Below are positions 5,095 through 7,988 of a stretch of DNA of 7,988 nt, piece after piece. The first letter of the stretch is position 1, and the number at the start of each line of letters is the position of its first letter. The notes below the pieces were generated by a model that saw only the letters and a program-made list of their open reading frames with translations, was not told the origin of the DNA and did not search any database. Position numbers and translations under genes: made by a program. The stretch is from an archaeon. Lineage in GTDB: Archaea > Iainarchaeota > Iainarchaeia > Iainarchaeales > CSSED10-239. The stretch spans positions 1-7,988 of the forward strand of contig DAOOON010000029.1 of NCBI GenBank assembly GCA_035387745.1. Reading direction: 5' to 3'.

Positions 5095-6048
5095 ATGAAA
5101 ACACTAATTTTTTATCACAACGATATTGATGGGTTAACTTCTGCTTTAGGTTTTGCATATAATGAATATTTGTTAAATCACAATAACAATATTCCAAGCT
5201 ATGAAGATCTTAGAAAGGATTATTTCTTTTATGAAGTACATTATGGTATGAAGAACATATTTGAATTTTTTTCAAATAATGGTTTTGATTGGAAAAGATT
5301 TAATAGAGTCGTGGTTTTAGATTTTTGTTTTAAAGACAATGTAATGGTTCAGCTTTTAGAAAAATACAAAGAAGATTTTATTTGGTTTGATCACCACAAA
5401 AGCACAATCGAAGAACTTGCAAAATTAGATATTGCAGGACTTAGAGATGATCAGGTGGCGACTTCAACTATTGTTTGGAGATATTTTAATAAAAATCCTT
5501 GTCTTTTTTCAAGATATATTGAAGATATGGACATCTGGAAATGGCAATTGCCTAAATCTAATGAGATATTACAATATATTGATTTTTTATATATGCAAAT
5601 ATATGATAAAGACAAACCAGAAAAAGAATTTGAGATTATAAATCTTTTCTTAAAATATTTTAATGATGAATACTTCAATTCTCAATTTACAGATATAATT
5701 AAACATGGAAAATTAATTGACATTTATATTAAAACAAAAGTAAAAGACGATATAATTACTGGCAAAAAAACAATATTTGAAGGGCATAATGCGTTTGTTT
5801 TAAATTCGCAGTTTAAGCCTGGCTTTATTTCTGATTATATATTTAATAATAAAGAATATCAAGATATTGAGTTAGTCGTTGTTTGGTATAAGATCTATGC
5901 AAAATCAGGGGATAAACGCAATTTTGATAAAGTAAGTCTAAGATCCAGAACAATTGATTGTTCAGAGATAGCAAGAAAATTTGATGGCAATGGTCATCCT
6001 AAAGCAAGTGGATTTATTATTTCTGATATAGACGATATTATACAATAA
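5095..6048 (+). CDS. DHH/DHHA1-family phosphoesterase (NrnA-like size class; candidate nanoRNase, pAp phosphatase or dinucleotide phosphodiesterase)
   Basis: 317-aa ORF. Motif I is YHNDIDGLTS (nt 5113..5142) and motif II is VVVLDF. Motif III is FDHHKS, with DHH at 5389..5397. The DHHA1 motif GNGHPKASG is at 5986..6012 (canonical form GGGH..AAG). Confidence 0.85.
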   Translation: MKTLIFYHNDIDGLTSALGFAYNEYLLNHNNNIPSYEDLRKDYFFYEVHYGMKNIFEFFSNNGFDWKRFNRVVVLDFCFKDNVMVQLLEKYKEDFIWFDHHKSTIEELAKLDIAGLRDDQVATSTIVWRYFNKNPCLFSRYIEDMDIWKWQLPKSNEILQYIDFLYMQIYDKDKPEKEFEIINLFLKYFNDEYFNSQFTDIIKHGKLIDIYIKTKVKDDIITGKKTIFEGHNAFVLNSQFKPGFISDYIFNNKEYQDIELVVVWYKIYAKSGDKRNFDKVSLRSRTIDCSEIARKFDGNGHPKASGFIISDIDDIIQ

Positions 6049-6051
6049 AGA

Positions 6052-6555
6052 TTATTTTGATATAGATATCTTTCTAATTAGTGGCTTTTGTTTTACTTTC
6101 GTTTCTTTTTTGGATGTGTTTTTTTTATTTTCTTTTTTTTGGGTTATCAATTGTGGATATTTTTCTTTAAGTAAATTAAGATAATTTATTTTAATTTCCT
6201 TTTTGATTAAATTTTCTGCAGCAAAAACATCTCCTCTCTGGAAATATCTAATTAAATCTTTTGAATAATTAAATCTGCTTAGTTTGTTATTTTCTAAAAT
6301 TTTTGTATAATTATTAATATTTGACATTTTGGAAACAAAGTCATAGAACTGGTTGTTATGTAATAACGCGATAGTATTTTTTTGGTTATTACTATTTAAA
6401 AGATATTCAAAAAGACGGGCATTTTTCTTAGCAAAAGAAAATTGATTTCCTGAATTTGAATATATACAGAGAATATTATTTATTAATTGTGGTTCTTTAA
6501 TTGGTTTATTTCCTAAAAATATGTATTTTATTTTTAATTCAGTCATTTTCATCAC
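6052..6555 (-). CDS. Hypothetical protein with a Lys-rich basic C-terminal tail; no family recognised
   Basis: The track ORF starts at a GTG (6555..6553), and in-frame ATGs follow at 6552 and 6546. GTGAT (revcomp of 6551..6555) lies 4 nt before the ATG at 6546..6544. That matches the RBS spacing of other genes here, so I favour 6052..6546 (164 aa, MTELKIKYIF...). The tail is TQKKENKKNTSKKETKVKQKPLIRKISISK. The gene is convergent with the DHH gene, with 3 bp between stops. Confidence 0.5.
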   Translation of the reverse strand: MMKMTELKIKYIFLGNKPIKEPQLINNILCIYSNSGNQFSFAKKNARLFEYLLNSNNQKNTIALLHNNQFYDFVSKMSNINNYTKILENNKLSRFNYSKDLIRYFQRGDVFAAENLIKKEIKINYLNLLKEKYPQLITQKKENKKNTSKKETKVKQKPLIRKISISK

Positions 6556-6579
6556 ACAACTAAGAATTTAGTATACAAT

Positions 6580-6589
6580 AATATTTAAA
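6580..6589 (+). promoter_or_regulatory. Archaeal TATA-box-like element for the FAD-dependent protein gene
   Basis: AATATTTAAA is identical to the first 10 nt of the 11-mer at 4363..4373. It ends 36 nt before the ATG at 6626. GTGAT at 6615..6619 lies 6 nt before the ATG. Confidence 0.4.
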
Positions 6590-6625
6590 TTGCTTTGGGT
6601 TTATAATTATTTATGTGATTATTTA

Positions 6626-7988
6626 ATGACTAACAATTACGATATTATTATTATTGGCGCAGGGCCTGCCGGAATTTTTTCTGCATACGAATTAACAAAA
6701 TCTGATTCTACTAAAATTCTTAAAATATTATTGATTGATAAGGGGCAGTTAGTAGAAAACAGACAAAAAACAGAAGTAATGACTGGTTTTGGTGGTGCAG
6801 GAACTTTTTCTGATGGTAAGCTTCATTTTACTCCTGTTCTAAGCCATGAAAAAATGTTTCATCTCTATTCTATATTAGAATATCAAGAGTATCTAGATTA
6901 TGTTGAAAAACTATTTATAGATTTTGGAGTGCCTCAAGAATATTATCCAAAAGATTTAAAGAAAACACAAGAGGTTGTGGATATTGCTCAAAAGAACAAT
7001 ATTAAACTTTTTATAAGGAAAACAATACACGTTGGAACGGATAAGCTTCCTGCAGTTATTCAAAAGATAGAAGATCATCTTAAGAAAAATAATATAGATT
7101 TATTGCCAAACACAGAAGTTGTGGATTTGATTGTCCAAGATAACGTGATTTTTGGAGTTAAATTGATTGATGGCACAGAACTTAAGGCAAAATATGTGAT
7201 TTGTGCACCAGGGAGATATAATTCTTCTTGGGTTGAAAAGCTTTCACAAAAATACAATCTTGAGAAACTCTATGATAAGATTGAAGTAGGAGTAAGAGTT
7301 GAATTTCCTGCTGCATTAATTGAAAAACATGCAGAGTTAATGTACGAAACCGTATACTTAATGTATTCTAAAACATATGACGATGTTGTAAGAACCTTCT
7401 GTCCTTGCCCTCACGGGTTTGTAGCCACAGAAGAATATGATGATTTTGTTTGTGTTAATGGTTATAGCAACCACGGGTTAGATGGTAAAAACTCAAACTT
7501 TGCTTTAGTCACAGAAGTTAAATTAACAGAACCACTTGAAAACACAAGACTTTATGCAAACTTTGTAGCACAAGGTGCAACATTAGTTGGGGGCGGGAAA
7601 CCAATTGTTCAGAGATTTAAAGATTTACAGGCTGGCAGAAGAAGCACATACACAAGATTACAACATGCTCATATCTCTCCTTCTTTAAAAGAAGCAATAC
7701 CCGGAGATATTGGATTGGCCTTGCCTTACAGAATAACAAAAAACTTAATTGAAGGAATAGAGATGCTTGATAAGATTCTTCCTGGTTTAAATGGAGACTC
7801 TACTTTTCTTTATGCTCCTGAAGTAAAGTTTAGATCAACAAAGATAAAAACAAGCAAGCATCTTGAAACACAAATCAAAAATCTATTTATGGTAGGAGAT
7901 GGTGCGGGGGTTTCTGGTAACATTGTTGGTGCAGCAATAACTGGAGTAATTGCAGCTCAAGGAATTATAGAAAAAGAAAAGCAAAAAT
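6626..7988 (+). CDS. FAD-dependent dehydrogenase-like protein (uncharacterised conserved family; COG2509-like from memory), 3' partial
   Basis: Not in the ORF track because it runs off the right edge. Hand translation from the ATG at 6626 gives 454 open codons: MTNNYDIIIIGAGPAGIFSAYEL... The Rossmann GxGxxG is at 6647..6673. Further motifs are GFGGAGTFSDGKL, VICAPGR, IEVGVRVEFP and RTFCPCPHGFVA. The C-terminal FAD motif is FMVGDGAGVSGNIVGAAITGVIAAQG. An upstream ATG at 6613 is followed immediately by TGA. Confidence 0.85.
   Translation, partial: MTNNYDIIIIGAGPAGIFSAYELTKSDSTKILKILLIDKGQLVENRQKTEVMTGFGGAGTFSDGKLHFTPVLSHEKMFHLYSILEYQEYLDYVEKLFIDFGVPQEYYPKDLKKTQEVVDIAQKNNIKLFIRKTIHVGTDKLPAVIQKIEDHLKKNNIDLLPNTEVVDLIVQDNVIFGVKLIDGTELKAKYVICAPGRYNSSWVEKLSQKYNLEKLYDKIEVGVRVEFPAALIEKHAELMYETVYLMYSKTYDDVVRTFCPCPHGFVATEEYDDFVCVNGYSNHGLDGKNSNFALVTEVKLTEPLENTRLYANFVAQGATLVGGGKPIVQRFKDLQAGRRSTYTRLQHAHISPSLKEAIPGDIGLALPYRITKNLIEGIEMLDKILPGLNGDSTFLYAPEVKFRSTKIKTSKHLETQIKNLFMVGDGAGVSGNIVGAAITGVIAAQGIIEKEKQK

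Noticed and set aside
5432-5678. 69-aa (+, alternate frame) and 75-aa (-) ORFs inside the DHH gene
   Set aside because: Both are nested in a gene whose DHH and DHHA1 motifs flank this region in a single frame. Neither has independent signals.
654-6048. Functional link between the DHH phosphoesterase and MscS through c-di-AMP osmoregulation
   Set aside because: The genes are 3.5 kb apart, on opposite strands and in different transcription units. No cyclase or c-di-AMP receptor domain is visible in the window. It is pure speculation.
7075-7257. 60-aa minus-strand ORF inside the FAD-dependent protein gene
   Set aside because: It is antisense to an open 454-codon frame with conserved flavoprotein motifs on both sides, so it is a chance ORF.
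1-7988. Search for tRNA/rRNA genes, CRISPR repeats, IS elements, integrases and known defence-system genes
   Set aside because: There are no GC-rich structured segments of tRNA size in the short intergenic gaps (48-127 bp). There is no regularly spaced repeat array beyond the three 9-bp operators. No transposase, integrase, nuclease or ATPase motifs appear in any frame I read. The window looks like core or housekeeping plus regulatory content rather than a mobile or defence island.

Overview
The window is very AT-rich and tightly packed, and it looks archaeal, most plausibly from a small-genome DPANN-like lineage (inference). Three things point that way. There is an archaeal-type S-adenosylmethionine synthetase. 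TTTATAAAT / AATATTTAAA boxes sit 24-53 nt upstream of start codons. GGAG or G(G)TGA(T) ribosome-binding motifs match parts of the SD sequence GGAGGUGAUC expected for the archaeal 16S rRNA 3' end.

I support nine protein-coding genes and no RNA genes, CRISPR arrays or mobile elements. Three were not in the supplied ORF track:
- 1..653 (-), runs off the left edge: a membrane-anchored winged-helix regulator.
- 6626..7988 (+), runs off the right edge: an FAD-dependent dehydrogenase-like protein.
- 1572..1733 (-): a 53-aa ribbon-helix-helix (RHH) protein, too short for the track.

Gene order:
1. (-) membrane wHTH regulator
2. (-) MscS-family channel
3. (-) RHH
4. (+) compact archaeal SAM synthetase
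5. (-) 12-TM MFS transporter with a basic tail
6. (+) membrane-tethered ArsR-type wHTH
7. (+) DHH/DHHA1 phosphoesterase
8. (-) orphan basic-tailed protein
9. (+) FAD protein

The most interesting unexplained structure is regulatory:
- A 9-bp palindrome, TAGTNACTA, occurs three times in the 127-bp divergent promoter between the hidden RHH gene and the SAM synthetase gene.
- Two membrane-tethered winged-helix regulators with opposite topologies each sit next to a membrane transport gene. One of these pairs is driven by a perfect mirror-image pair of TATA-like elements.

I see no recognisable defence system, toxin-antitoxin pair or mobile element. All functional assignments come from reading motifs by eye and need profile searches to confirm.
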